The notes: generated by a model not told the origin, from the letters alone. A stretch of 64,000 nt of DNA from Xanthobacteraceae bacterium (GCA_052148715.1 JBKQHQ010000230.1:3243-67242), one strand, 5' to 3'; counted from the first letter of the stretch, positions 1 to 9,744 are shown. Made by a program: numbers and translations.

Positions 1-389
1 GCCGCGCCCGCGATGCTCAACCATCGCGCCTGGCGCAAACGAGCCCTGCGGGCAACGGTCGCGCGTCGCTGCTGCATTATTGATCTCCGCAAGGCCACCC
101 TCCTGGTTGTGGAGGCATTATCGATTCGAATTTGCAAACTTGGGACTAACGCGAAGCGAAAATTCACCAAAACCCTACTATCATACTCCGGCCCGGCTGG
201 CCACCGGTCGAGGCCGACGGGCTCCTGGCGGACTGTTGCAAGTGCTCAGTTTTTCGGTCGTGGCAGTGAATACCTGCCATGCGGTCCCGAGCGCGGGCTT
301 TCCTTATATGACGGGAAACATGCGACGGGAGTGGGGCAGGGTCGGCCGGTCGGTAGGGAGTGCTCCGGCGCGCAGCCGCCGGATGATGG

Positions 390-1133
390 TCACAAGCGCG
401 AGATGATCTGTGCCAGTGCCTCCGGCTGCTCGACATGCAGATTGTGTCCGCACCCCTCGATTTCGATCGCCTGCGCGTCGTAGGCCTGCAGCTCGGCAAT
501 GCGGACGAGCGGGTCGCGGCTGCCGCAGGCAAGTCGCCACGGCGCCGCTACGGCGTTGAGCACGGGGCCGACATCCGGTCCGACGACGAGCGCCGTCGCC
601 GGGTCGGCGGCAAGCCGATAACGGCCTTCCTCTTCGACGACGCCGGCCGTGACCACGGGCGCCGAGGCATCGACAATTGCGGCAAGACCTGAAACGCGCA
701 GAAAGCGATCGGCTGCCTCCTCCCGACTGGCGAACCAGCGCGCAGGCGTGGCGGCAAGCTGCTTGAGCTTGGCGAGCTCGTCCGCCTGCCAGGTCACCTT
801 CAAGCTCAAGCCGAGCGCCGCGCGTGCGGTGACACCGAACCAACCGCTGGCCAGCACCAAGCCGATGAGGCCGCCCATGGAATGGCCGACAATCGTCACC
901 GGCTCGTCGGGCGGCAGCAGCGCCGCCAGGTCGGCGGCATGTTGGCCGAGCCCGTAGGGCCGCGCGTGCGGCGAGCGGCCGTGGCCGCGAAAGTCGGGCA
1001 CGATGATCCGCCCGGGCCAATGCTTGAGATGGGACAGCAGCGGCTGCCACACCGCGCCGTTCACGCCGAGCCCATGCAGCAGCAGGAGCGCCGGCGAGCC
1101 GGTGCCGATCGTTTCAACATAGAGCTTGGTCAC
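390..1133 (-). CDS. alpha/beta-fold hydrolase
   Basis: 247 aa; HGLG oxyanion-hole motif and GHSMGG nucleophile elbow; last gene of minus-strand operon. Confidence 0.8.
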   Translation of the reverse strand: MTKLYVETIGTGSPALLLLHGLGVNGAVWQPLLSHLKHWPGRIIVPDFRGHGRSPHARPYGLGQHAADLAALLPPDEPVTIVGHSMGGLIGLVLASGWFGVTARAALGLSLKVTWQADELAKLKQLAATPARWFASREEAADRFLRVSGLAAIVDASAPVVTAGVVEEEGRYRLAADPATALVVGPDVGPVLNAVAAPWRLACGSRDPLVRIAELQAYDAQAIEIEGCGHNLHVEQPEALAQIISRL

Positions 1134-1178
1134 GCTGTTGACCTCTTTCGCCGTCGCGCAGAAATTTTGAGGCGGGGC

Positions 1179-2042
1179 TCATTCTCCCTTAAAATTCGGC
1201 CGTCGTTTCTCGCGAAAGGCCGCCATGCCTTCCTTGTTGTCCTGGGTGCGGATCAGCACCGACTGGCCGAGGCGCTCCAGCATGCGGCCGGTTTCGGTGT
1301 CGACGTTCTGGCACATATTGATGATGTGTTTGGCCATGCCCATGGCGAGCGGCGCGCGCCTGATCAGCTCGCGCGCGAAATCGAGGGTCTTCTCGATGAG
1401 CTGATCCGGCGGAAAGACCCTGTTGACAAGCCCGATGCGAAACGCTTCCTCCGCATCGACCGGCAGCGCGGCCATCACCATCTCCTTGAGTCGGCCGATG
1501 CCGATCATCTGGATCATGCGCGAGCAAGCGCCGGACGCCGGGATCACGCCGAGCTGATTTTCCGGCAGCAGAAACGAAGCGCCGTGCGCGGCCATGCGGA
1601 AGTCGCAAGCAACCGCCATCTCGACGCCGCCACCGGCGCAAATGCCGTTCACCGCCGCGATCACCGGCTTTTCCAGATTCTCGATATCGTCGAACAGCTC
1701 GTGATTGGCGCGCACATAAGCGCGATAGCCGGAGGTCCCTAGATTGTTCTCATAATCGAGCCCATGGATGTCGCGTCCGGCGCAGAAGCCGCGGCCGGCC
1801 CCGGTGATGACGAGCACGCGCACGCGCGCGTCGAAGTTGGCCTTCCAGATCACGCTGCGCATCTCGCGGATCATCTGCTCGTCGAAGGCATTGAGCTTGT
1901 CTGGCCGATCGAGCGTGATGATCAAGATTCCTTCGGCGCGCAGCTCGGCGCGGATCGTTGTCAGCTTTTCGACTCCCTGCAGGAAGCCGCGCGGCAGACC
2001 GCTTTCGTCAAGCGCTACGGTCGAAGCAGTGGGTTTGGTCAT
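1179..2042 (-). CDS. enoyl-CoA hydratase/isomerase (crotonase family)
   Basis: 287 aa; crotonase-fold motifs (ITGAGRGFCAGRDI, AAVNGICAGGG); ATGA overlap with upstream livF stop. Confidence 0.85.
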   Translation of the reverse strand: MTKPTASTVALDESGLPRGFLQGVEKLTTIRAELRAEGILIITLDRPDKLNAFDEQMIREMRSVIWKANFDARVRVLVITGAGRGFCAGRDIHGLDYENNLGTSGYRAYVRANHELFDDIENLEKPVIAAVNGICAGGGVEMAVACDFRMAAHGASFLLPENQLGVIPASGACSRMIQMIGIGRLKEMVMAALPVDAEEAFRIGLVNRVFPPDQLIEKTLDFARELIRRAPLAMGMAKHIINMCQNVDTETGRMLERLGQSVLIRTQDNKEGMAAFREKRRPNFKGE

Positions 2043-2710
2043 GACTGTGCTCCTTGCATGGGTTCAATACGGCCACCGCGCATGGTGAGGATGTGGTCGG
2101 CCAGGCTGTCGAGAAAAGCCCGGTTCTGCTCAACGACGACAATCGCGAAACGTCCCTTGAGCGACTGTAGCGCGGCGAGAACCTGGCGCACCATGATGGG
2201 GGCGAGCCCTTGGGTCGGCTCGTCGAGCATGAGCACGGCCGGCTCCAGCAGCAGCGCCCGGGCGATTGACAGCATCTGTTGCTCGCCGCCGCTCAACGAG
2301 CCGCCCGGCTGGCGTAGGCGCTCGGACAGGCGCGGAAAGATCGTCAGCGCCTCGTCGAGCCGGCGGCCGAATTGCGCCGGAGCCAATCGGGCAGCGGCAC
2401 GCGGCAGCTCGAGATTCTCCTTGACCGTCAGCCCGGCCAGAATCTGCCGGCCTTCCGGAACGAGGACGAGGCCGCGCCGCGCGCGTTCGTGGGCGCGCAG
2501 CCGCGATAGATCGGCGTCGGCCAAGCGGATCGCTCCACCGTGCTGCGGCAACAGACCGGCGATGGTCTTCAGGAGCGTGCTCTTGCCGGCGCCATTGGGA
2601 CCCAGGATGCCGATCACCCGGTCCGCATCGGCCTCGAGGTTCGCGCCGCGAAAGACAGTCAGCGCGCCATAGCCGCCGCTCAGCGCTTCGACGGCAAGGA
2701 CCGGCGTCAC
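2039..2710 (-). CDS. livF: branched-chain amino acid-type (HAAT) ABC transporter ATP-binding protein LivF
   Basis: Walker A GPNGAGKST and ABC signature LSGGEQQ; likely GTG start at 2710 forming a GTGA overlap with the upstream stop, GGAG 7 nt upstream; ORF caller extends to 2812. Confidence 0.8.
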   Translation of the reverse strand: MTPVLAVEALSGGYGALTVFRGANLEADADRVIGILGPNGAGKSTLLKTIAGLLPQHGGAIRLADADLSRLRAHERARRGLVLVPEGRQILAGLTVKENLELPRAAARLAPAQFGRRLDEALTIFPRLSERLRQPGGSLSGGEQQMLSIARALLLEPAVLMLDEPTQGLAPIMVRQVLAALQSLKGRFAIVVVEQNRAFLDSLADHILTMRGGRIEPMQGAQS

Positions 2711-4449
2711 GTCAACGCTCCAAAATAGGCTTCCTGCACCTTCGGATTCGTCAGCACGTCCTGCACCCGGCCCGATGCGATCTTCCGTCCGGTGTCGAGC
2801 ACGATGGCCCATTGGGCGAGATCGGCGACGAACTCGATGTTGTGCTCGACGATGATGACGGCGCAGCGGCGTTGGACGAGGGTGCGCAGCACGTCGGCGA
2901 GATGCGCGAGCTCTTCCGCGGACAGGCCCACGGCCGGCTCGTCAAGGAGCACGAGCGGAGGGTCGCCGACGGCGGCCCGGGCGAGATCGATCAGCTTGTG
3001 TTGGCCAAGGCTCAGCTCGCGAACGGGCCGCTCGGCCAGCGCTTCGAGACCAAAGGCTTGCAGCTGTCCCAAGGCGGCGACTTGACGTTCTGCTTCGTCA
3101 AGCTTGGGAGCGACCTGATCGAGGCGGGTCATGACATTGGCCTGCGCCGAGAGTTCTGGCACCAGACGCGCCACCTGGAACGAGCGGCCGATAAACGGCG
3201 CCCGGCCGTGGATCGGCATGGACGCCAGATCGCGGCCGCAGAGGCGCATCGATCCTTGCGCCGGCTGCAGAATGCCCGAGATCATATTGAATAGCGTCGT
3301 CTTGCCGGCGCCGTTCGGCCCGACCAACATGAGGATGTCGCCGAACGCAGCCTGGAAGCTGACCTGATCGAGCGCGACGACGCCGCCGAAGCGATGCGAG
3401 ACGCCGTCCACTTCGAGGCAGACGCCCTCGCGCCGGTCGACATCACTCACCGGTATCAGTGGCGGGGCGTAGCCGGCGCCTGCCCGCGGCGTGCCGGTAG
3501 GCGCGGCGAGCGGCCGTGGGGCTCGCTGCAGGCGAGCGGCGAGCTTCGCCGAAGGGCCGGCGAGCCAGCCGACGATGCCGTGCGGCGCATAGATAACGAC
3601 GCCGAGAAAGGCGATGCCATAGATCAGGAGCTCATAGCGTGCCCCGTAGCCCGCGGCGACGAACAGCCAGTCGACGATGGCGGTACCAACCAGAGGCCCA
3701 AGCAGCGATCCGGCGCCGCCAAGAAGCACGGTTCCGATCTGCTCCAGCGAGCGGCTCACGCCGGCATCCTCGGGGATGATCACTCCCACATAAAGGGCGA
3801 GCAGGAGCCCGCCGGCGGCCGCATAGGTGCTGCCGATCGTGAAGATCCGCGCTTTCTCGCGGCCGACATCGATACCGAGCACCTCGGCCGCCAACTCGTC
3901 GTGACGAATGGTCCGCAATCGCCGCCAAACTGCGTCGCGCACATAGAGCCGGTACGAAAGGAGCGCGGCGATGAGCGCCGCGACCGCGATGGCGTACCAG
4001 GCCGCCGGCCCGATCTGACGGCCGCTGGCGAAGACGAGGCCCGACGCGCCTCCGGTCCAGGACGGAAAGGCGCGCGCCAAGCCTTCGACCGCGAAACCGA
4101 AACCAAGGGTGCCGACCGCGAGAAAGATGCCTGGGAGCTTTACGAAGACGGCGGCGACGACGCGGGCGATAACGACCGTGACGGCAAAGCCCAGCGCCGC
4201 CGCGGCGAGGAACGGCACGCCCATATGGGCAAGAATGCCGGCCGCGTAACCGGGCAAGACCATGAACGCCGCCTGACCGAAGGCGAGCATGCCGGCCAGT
4301 CCGAAAATCAGATTGAGCCCGACGAGGGCCACGGCTTTGAACGCGACCGTGGTGGCCAGCGACGGAGTCCATCCCGGAATAAAGGCGAGATATGGAGTTG
4401 CCATCGCCAGGGCCGCGAGAAGGACGACGACCGCACGGTAAGCGCTCAT
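2707..4449 (-). CDS. fused HAAT ABC permease (LivM-like) / ATP-binding (LivG-like) protein
   Basis: Continuous frame: N-terminal multi-TM LivM-like domain, about 45-aa linker, C-terminal ABC ATPase (GPNGAGKTT, LSLGQHK, LLDEP). ATG at 4449 gives an ATGA overlap with the livH stop; the 200 Arg-rich residues upstream in the 780-aa ORF are an artefact. Confidence 0.8.
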   Translation of the reverse strand: MSAYRAVVVLLAALAMATPYLAFIPGWTPSLATTVAFKAVALVGLNLIFGLAGMLAFGQAAFMVLPGYAAGILAHMGVPFLAAAALGFAVTVVIARVVAAVFVKLPGIFLAVGTLGFGFAVEGLARAFPSWTGGASGLVFASGRQIGPAAWYAIAVAALIAALLSYRLYVRDAVWRRLRTIRHDELAAEVLGIDVGREKARIFTIGSTYAAAGGLLLALYVGVIIPEDAGVSRSLEQIGTVLLGGAGSLLGPLVGTAIVDWLFVAAGYGARYELLIYGIAFLGVVIYAPHGIVGWLAGPSAKLAARLQRAPRPLAAPTGTPRAGAGYAPPLIPVSDVDRREGVCLEVDGVSHRFGGVVALDQVSFQAAFGDILMLVGPNGAGKTTLFNMISGILQPAQGSMRLCGRDLASMPIHGRAPFIGRSFQVARLVPELSAQANVMTRLDQVAPKLDEAERQVAALGQLQAFGLEALAERPVRELSLGQHKLIDLARAAVGDPPLVLLDEPAVGLSAEELAHLADVLRTLVQRRCAVIIVEHNIEFVADLAQWAIVLDTGRKIASGRVQDVLTNPKVQEAYFGALT

Positions 4450-5312
4450 GCGCGGGCGCTGCCGCCGAACGAGATCGCGCGGCTTTGCCAGAGCGCGACG
4501 GCGATCAAAGCGACGAACACGACCGGGTCCTGCGCCAACGCGCCGAGATAGGTCGTGACCAGCGCCTCGGCGAGGCCGAGGCCGAGCCCCGTGATGACCG
4601 CGAGCGAAGGCGACATGCCGGCGAGCGCGGCGGCAATGAAGCCGCGCAAGGTCATGCCGAGCCCGGTCTGAAAGTCGACCGACACGAGCGGCACCAGCAA
4701 GACGGCGCCAAGTCCGCCGAGCGCGCCGGCGATGGCGAACGCCAAGGTGCGCATGCGTTCGATATCGATACCGAGGAGGGCTGCGGCCTCCGGCTTCTCG
4801 GCTGTCGCCCGCAATTGCCGACCAAACGCCGACCACACCAGAAACGCCGTGACCGCGGTGGCGGCCGAAAATCCGATCAGGATCAGCGCCAGCCCCTGCC
4901 GCGGCAAGGCGCCGCCGAGCAGGCGGATCGGCGCGCCGACGAACAGCCGCGAGAACGACAGCGCATCGACGCCCATGACGACCATGAGCGCCCCGCGGGT
5001 CAGGAAAGCCGCCGCCAAGGTCACCAGAATGAGGCTGCCGACCGGCCATTGGCGTCGCGGCCGCAACAGCAAGCGCTCGACCGAGAGCGAGAAAAGCACG
5101 GCAGCGACGAGCGCGGCCGGCAGCGCGACGGCGAGCGGATACCCGGCGCCTTCCAGCGCGGAGGCGACGAGGCCGGCGATCGCATAGCTTTCCCCGTGCG
5201 CCAGATTGACGACGCGAGATGTGTGGAACGCGAGCACGAGGCCGGTTGCGAGCAGCGCGTAGACCGCGCCCTGCATCAGGCCGCTGATGATGGCCTGCGT
5301 CAGCGCATTCAT
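4446..5312 (-). CDS. livH: HAAT ABC transporter permease LivH
   Basis: 288 aa polytopic membrane protein with LivH-like N-terminus; ATGA overlap with upstream SBP gene. Confidence 0.85.
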   Translation of the reverse strand: MNALTQAIISGLMQGAVYALLATGLVLAFHTSRVVNLAHGESYAIAGLVASALEGAGYPLAVALPAALVAAVLFSLSVERLLLRPRRQWPVGSLILVTLAAAFLTRGALMVVMGVDALSFSRLFVGAPIRLLGGALPRQGLALILIGFSAATAVTAFLVWSAFGRQLRATAEKPEAAALLGIDIERMRTLAFAIAGALGGLGAVLLVPLVSVDFQTGLGMTLRGFIAAALAGMSPSLAVITGLGLGLAEALVTTYLGALAQDPVVFVALIAVALWQSRAISFGGSARA

Positions 5313-6421
5313 TTCAAGGGATCGGCTTTGACCCAGCGGCCACCCTTATATTCCAGGATTTCGATGTCGCCCGCCGCCAGGCCGATGTGGCGCGACTTGC
5401 TGAAATGCAGTGTCTGGACGCTCAGGATCGGCGTTTGCTCGAGATAGTCACGAACGGCGGCCGCGTTACGCGGATCGTCGACATTGCGCAGAACCGCTTC
5501 GGCCGTATCGGCAAGCGCCACGCCGTTCAAGGTGAGCTGATCGACGTTGTCCTGTTTCCATTTCTTGTAGCCGTCGGTGACATAGGCAACGCGCTGGCGC
5601 TCGCCGGCATCGGCGAGGAGCTCCGGCGCCAGCGCCTTCATGGCGGTGCCGAGGAGGCGCGGCGGCATGTCGTTCTTGATCAGGTTGAGGAAGGAATCGG
5701 AGATGTTGGCATAGCTGACCAGCAGCGGCTGGGTGAGACCGAGATTGCTAAAGCTCTTGACCACGGTCGCGGCGCCGCCGCCGGAATAGTTCGAGTAGAT
5801 CAGCGGGATGCCTTCCTTGGCCACATTGGCGAGCTGGATCGAGGCATCGTTGGCGCGCAGGTCGATCCGCGCCAGATCGTATTGGATGCCGGCCTTCGGG
5901 AAGACCGCGGCGGCGCTCGCCACGCCGACCTCGCCGCTCGCGTCGGTGGAGGCGATCATCGCCAACCGGTCCTTCTTGTTGGCGACCAGATAGTCGGCGA
6001 TCGCCTGCGTGATGTCGCGATCGGATGCGCTGGTTTGGAATACGAAGGTCGCGGGATCGGGCATGACGTTCGGTGACGGGGTGACCATCACCGGTCCGTT
6101 CTGCAGGAGCGGCATCACGGCGCGAATGGGGCCCGTCACCGATGCGTTGAGCAGCAGAAGGCTTCCCTTGGCGATTAGGTCGCGGCCGCAGGTCACCGCC
6201 TTATCGGGGCTGCCTTCGTCGTTGCAGCTGATGATCTGCACCGGGCGGCCGCGAATGCCTCCCTTGGCATTGACGTCCTGCTCCCACCATTGCAGCGCCA
6301 GCATCTGACGCGCGCCTACGGTGGCAATCGGACCAGTTGTCGGTGCAATCAGCCCGATAATGAACGGCTCGGCCGCATCGGCGCTCGTGCCCGCGAGCGA
6401 CGCGAGCAAGGCGATCACCAA
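5309..6421 (-). CDS. HAAT-family periplasmic substrate-binding protein (LivK-like)
   Basis: Type I PBP fold with signal peptide GFGLVIALLASLAGTSADA; the 448-aa ORF N-terminus is read through a REP element, so the true start is probably TTG 6421 or GTG 6418 (no in-frame ATG). Confidence 0.7.
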   Translation of the reverse strand: MVIALLASLAGTSADAAEPFIIGLIAPTTGPIATVGARQMLALQWWEQDVNAKGGIRGRPVQIISCNDEGSPDKAVTCGRDLIAKGSLLLLNASVTGPIRAVMPLLQNGPVMVTPSPNVMPDPATFVFQTSASDRDITQAIADYLVANKKDRLAMIASTDASGEVGVASAAAVFPKAGIQYDLARIDLRANDASIQLANVAKEGIPLIYSNYSGGGAATVVKSFSNLGLTQPLLVSYANISDSFLNLIKNDMPPRLLGTAMKALAPELLADAGERQRVAYVTDGYKKWKQDNVDQLTLNGVALADTAEAVLRNVDDPRNAAAVRDYLEQTPILSVQTLHFSKSRHIGLAAGDIEILEYKGGRWVKADPLK

Positions 6422-6440
6422 ACCGAATCCGTAATCACGC

Positions 6441-6615
6441 GTAGGGTGGGCAAAGGCGGCCGCGAAGTTTCGTTTGATGCACGGCGTTGCGCCCGCCGTG
6501 CCCACGCGGTCGGGCTCTGCCAAAGAAGGGGTGAGCTCACGCCCCATCGCGTGGGCACGGCGGAATACGCGCCATGCCAGCGCGCTCGGGCCTCGGCCGC
6601 CTTTGCCCACCCTAC
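6441..6615. repeat. BIME-like doublet of two inverted REP units (GTAGGGTGGGCAAAGGCGGCC ... GTGCCCACGCG)
   Basis: Left unit 6441-6508 and its reverse complement at 6549-6615; same family as the REPs flanking the RAYT at 10.9-11.7 kb. Confidence 0.7.
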
Positions 6616-6651
6616 GCCGCGTCGTTCTCATCGGAACCAGCTCCAGGCGCT

Positions 6652-8187
6652 TCATGATGTTCCTCCCGTCAGGTTATATCGGCCGTCGGCGAGACGCCCC
6701 AGACGCCCGGATCGATACAATTCGTCGAATACGCGGAGCACCTCGCGGCCGTCCTTAGTTCCGACCGCGCTCATAAGGTCGAGGAAGGTCGCGGGTCCGT
6801 CGCGCAGGACCTCTTCAACGGTGCGCCGCGGCGCCGGCTTCAGCTTCGGCGCATCGGGGATCGCATATTCGAACGTGCCGCCGCGGCCAAAAGGTTTTGT
6901 GCAATCAAACCCGGCCTTCGCGCCGACCCGGCTGCCGTCGAGCGAGGGATCGATCGGCACCGCGCGGAAGGCAGAGGCGACGACGAAGTCGCGGTCGGCC
7001 TGAAACCGCGTCGCCAGCGCCCAATCGATCTGCTCGTCGGAAAAGACATCGACGTCCTCGTCGACCACGAACACATGCTTGACGTCGCCCAAGGAGCTGA
7101 AGACCGCCGCGATGGCGTTACGTGCTTCGCCCGGATAGCGCTGCCGCAGCGAGACGCGCACGTTATACATGCCGCCGCAGGACGGCGTGCAGCAGACCGC
7201 GATCGGCTCACGGATGGCCTGCTGCAGCGCGTTCCAGACCGTCGCCTCGGTCTTGGCGGCGGCGAGCTGGGCGGTGTCGGTGCGGCCGATCTGCCGGCCA
7301 CCGATGGTCACCGTCTGAAAAAGCGCGTCGCGCCGATGCGTGACCGCGGTCAGATGGAAGACCGGATTGTTTTTCAGAATGCCGTAATAGCCGACATATT
7401 CGCCGTAGGGACCTTCCGGCTCGACCAGCCCGCGCGGGTCGAGATAGCCCTCGAGCACCAGTTCGGCATCGGCCGGCACATAGACGTCGACCGTGACGCA
7501 TTTGACGATCGGGACCGGCGCCGCACGCAGCGCCCCGAGAACGTGCAACTCGTCCATCGGCGGCGTCGCTGCGACGGCGGCCAAAAAATCCGTCGGGTGA
7601 CTTCCGACCGTGAACGCCACCGGCAGGGGCTTGCCGGCAGCGACTGCCGTCTCATAGAGCGCACGCAGATCGCTCGGGGCGTTGAGGTCGATGCCGGCGC
7701 TGTGTGGCCCGCGCAGCATCATCCGGCGGCATCCGAGATTGGTCCATCCGGTCGCCGGATTGCGGGCGAAATCGATGCTGGCCGAAATATAGGGGGCACC
7801 GTCGAGCGAATGCTGCAAATGGACCGGCAGCGCCGTGAGATCGGCGTCGCTGCCGGTGAGCACCACCTGCTGCACCGGCGCCTCGTTCGCCGCGACCTCG
7901 ATCGGCGCATGCGGCTCGCGCAGTCTTGCACGCAGCGCCGTGGCGAAGTCCGCTTCATCGGTGCCGAGCGCAAGCGCGAGCCGGCGGCGCGCACCCATGA
8001 TATTGCCGACGAGCTCGGTGCGCTCGGGGCCGACGGCGCGAAACCAGACCGCCTTCGGATTGCCGTCGAGGACTGCGGCGATGTCGATCAGGTCGATCGG
8101 AGCGTCGTGCACCATGCAGTCGCGCTGCTGCACGAGCAGCTCGACGAAACGGCGCAGGCGAAATTTTTCGGTGTCGGCTTCGGTCAT
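6652..8187 (-). CDS. UbiD-family (prenylated-FMN dependent) decarboxylase
   Basis: UbiD-like sequence over about 510 aa; ATG at 8187 (MTEADTEKF) overlaps the CoA-ligase stop as ATGA; the upstream 68 aa of the 579-aa ORF are an artefact. Confidence 0.85.
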   Translation of the reverse strand: MTEADTEKFRLRRFVELLVQQRDCMVHDAPIDLIDIAAVLDGNPKAVWFRAVGPERTELVGNIMGARRRLALALGTDEADFATALRARLREPHAPIEVAANEAPVQQVVLTGSDADLTALPVHLQHSLDGAPYISASIDFARNPATGWTNLGCRRMMLRGPHSAGIDLNAPSDLRALYETAVAAGKPLPVAFTVGSHPTDFLAAVAATPPMDELHVLGALRAAPVPIVKCVTVDVYVPADAELVLEGYLDPRGLVEPEGPYGEYVGYYGILKNNPVFHLTAVTHRRDALFQTVTIGGRQIGRTDTAQLAAAKTEATVWNALQQAIREPIAVCCTPSCGGMYNVRVSLRQRYPGEARNAIAAVFSSLGDVKHVFVVDEDVDVFSDEQIDWALATRFQADRDFVVASAFRAVPIDPSLDGSRVGAKAGFDCTKPFGRGGTFEYAIPDAPKLKPAPRRTVEEVLRDGPATFLDLMSAVGTKDGREVLRVFDELYRSGRLGRLADGRYNLTGGTS

Positions 8188-9686
8188 GATGCTTTCGGAC
8201 AGTAGGAGGCGCGCAGCACGGCCTTGGCGATCTTGCCCGGCCCGCTCCTCGGCAGAGCTTCGCGCGCAAACTCGATCACTTTGGGGATCTTGAAGCCGCC
8301 GATGCGGCTGCGGCAATGCTCGATCAATTCCGCTTGCGTGACGATCGCCTCGGCATTGAGAAACACAACGGCCCGGACCTCTTCGCCCCACTGCGGGCTC
8401 GGAACGCCGAACACCGCGGCCTCCGCCACCGCCGGATGCTCGAGGAGGGCATTTTCAACCTCGGTCGGATAAACGTTTTCGCCCCCGGTGATGATCATAT
8501 CCTTCTTGCGGCCGACAATAGCGTAATGGCCGTGCGCATCGCAGACGCCGAGATCGCCGGTGTAATACCAGCCGTCGCGGATGGCGGCGTCCGTCGCCGG
8601 CTTATTGCGCCAGTATCCCGCCATGATTTTCGGCCCGCCCACGATGATCTCGCCGATCTCTCCTGCCGGCAGCGCATTGCCGGCGTCATCGACGATGCGA
8701 ACCTGGACCAGCGGATCGGGTTGCCCGACCGAGTTGCGCCAAGACTTGCCGCGGACGTCGCGGGGGAACTGCTGAAACACGCCGCCGGATGTTTCCGTCG
8801 TGCCGTAGGATTGGACCAGCGGACAGCCGAAAGCGGCCATGCAGCGTCGGTACACGGGCTCGGGCATGGGCGAGCCGCCGTAGGCGATGCGGTCGAGCGA
8901 GCGCAGGTCGTAGGCCGCGACATCCGATCCGCGCACGATCATGTCTAGCAGCGTCGGCGGCAGCGCGACCTTGGTCACGCAATGGGTTTGCACGTCTGCA
9001 CAGAACCGAGCGGGATCAAAATGGCCGGTGAGGTGCCTGCCGCCGACCATCACCAGGCCCCAAGTGACGGAGGCATCGACCAGGTGGAACATGGGCGCCG
9101 CGTGGAACCAGACGTCCTCCAGGCAGAGGTCGAGCGTGATGATGGAGTCGAGCGCGGTGGCGATCAGGTTCTGGTGTGTGAGGCACGCGCCCTTGGGCTC
9201 GCCCGTCGTGCCGCTGGTGAAGAAAATTTGTGCGACGGCGGACGGTTCGCGTGCGATTGGCGTGTCCAGCATCGGCCCGGACGCCGCCAGGCGCTCATAG
9301 GCATTGGGGGCGCCCGGCGGTTGCGCGTCGTCCCAGGTGATCATGGGGATGGTCGTTGGCCCGTCGCTGGACGCAAACAGCAATCGGGCTTCGGTCAGAT
9401 CGAGGATTCGGCTAATCTCGCTCGCGGCGAGCCGAATGTTCAGCGGCACGAGCACGAGGCCGGCCCAGGCGCAGGCGAGGTTGAGCTCCAGGTAGCGAAA
9501 GCTGTTGCGGCCAAGCAGCGCGACGCGGTCTCCCGGCTGCAACCCCTGGGCGCGCAATGCCCCGGCAATGCGCATCGCGCGCGAGCAAAGCTCGGCGTAC
9601 GACAGCGCGACCGGTCCCTGGATCACGGCCGGCCGTTCCGCAAACAGGGTCGCGGCCCGCTCCAGAATGGCTGCAAGCGAAAACAT
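8184..9686 (-). CDS. AMP-dependent synthetase/ligase (aromatic/acyl-CoA ligase)
   Basis: 500 aa; AMP-binding motif TSGTTGEPKG, YGTTE, and the C-terminal GWYYTGDLG ... GRKKDMIITGGENVYP block. Confidence 0.85.
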   Translation of the reverse strand: MFSLAAILERAATLFAERPAVIQGPVALSYAELCSRAMRIAGALRAQGLQPGDRVALLGRNSFRYLELNLACAWAGLVLVPLNIRLAASEISRILDLTEARLLFASSDGPTTIPMITWDDAQPPGAPNAYERLAASGPMLDTPIAREPSAVAQIFFTSGTTGEPKGACLTHQNLIATALDSIITLDLCLEDVWFHAAPMFHLVDASVTWGLVMVGGRHLTGHFDPARFCADVQTHCVTKVALPPTLLDMIVRGSDVAAYDLRSLDRIAYGGSPMPEPVYRRCMAAFGCPLVQSYGTTETSGGVFQQFPRDVRGKSWRNSVGQPDPLVQVRIVDDAGNALPAGEIGEIIVGGPKIMAGYWRNKPATDAAIRDGWYYTGDLGVCDAHGHYAIVGRKKDMIITGGENVYPTEVENALLEHPAVAEAAVFGVPSPQWGEEVRAVVFLNAEAIVTQAELIEHCRSRIGGFKIPKVIEFAREALPRSGPGKIAKAVLRASYCPKAS

Positions 9687-9708
9687 CGCGGCGGACTCTC
9701 CGCTTCCT

Positions 9709-9737
9709 ATGTCAAAACCGCGTCAAATATTTATAAT
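9709..9737 (+). promoter_or_regulatory. sigma70-like promoter candidate (ATGTCA-N17-TATAAT) for the SARP regulator gene
   Basis: Perfect TATAAT at 9732-9737, a -35-like hexamer 17 nt upstream, in the AT-rich divergent intergenic region. Confidence 0.35.
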
Positions 9738-9744
9738 GACAGGA

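Noticed and set aside
304-1742. Long Arg/Ala-rich ORFs (304..1050 -, 882..1742 +, 1189..1641 -) overlapping real genes
   Set aside because: Typical high-GC antisense or out-of-frame artefacts; no motifs; overlap well-supported hydrolase and crotonase genes
3394-5447. ORFs 3394..4551 + and 4392..5447 + (385 and 351 aa, Arg/Asp/Gly-rich)
   Set aside because: Antisense to the LivMG and LivH genes; low-complexity composition typical of GC3-skew artefacts
6290-7003. 237-aa ORF on + strand containing VGKGG...AAFAHPT
   Set aside because: Translation of the REP doublet plus antisense of the UbiD gene; same peptide motif recurs wherever the REP occurs (10795..11106, 11550..11888, 46808..47050)
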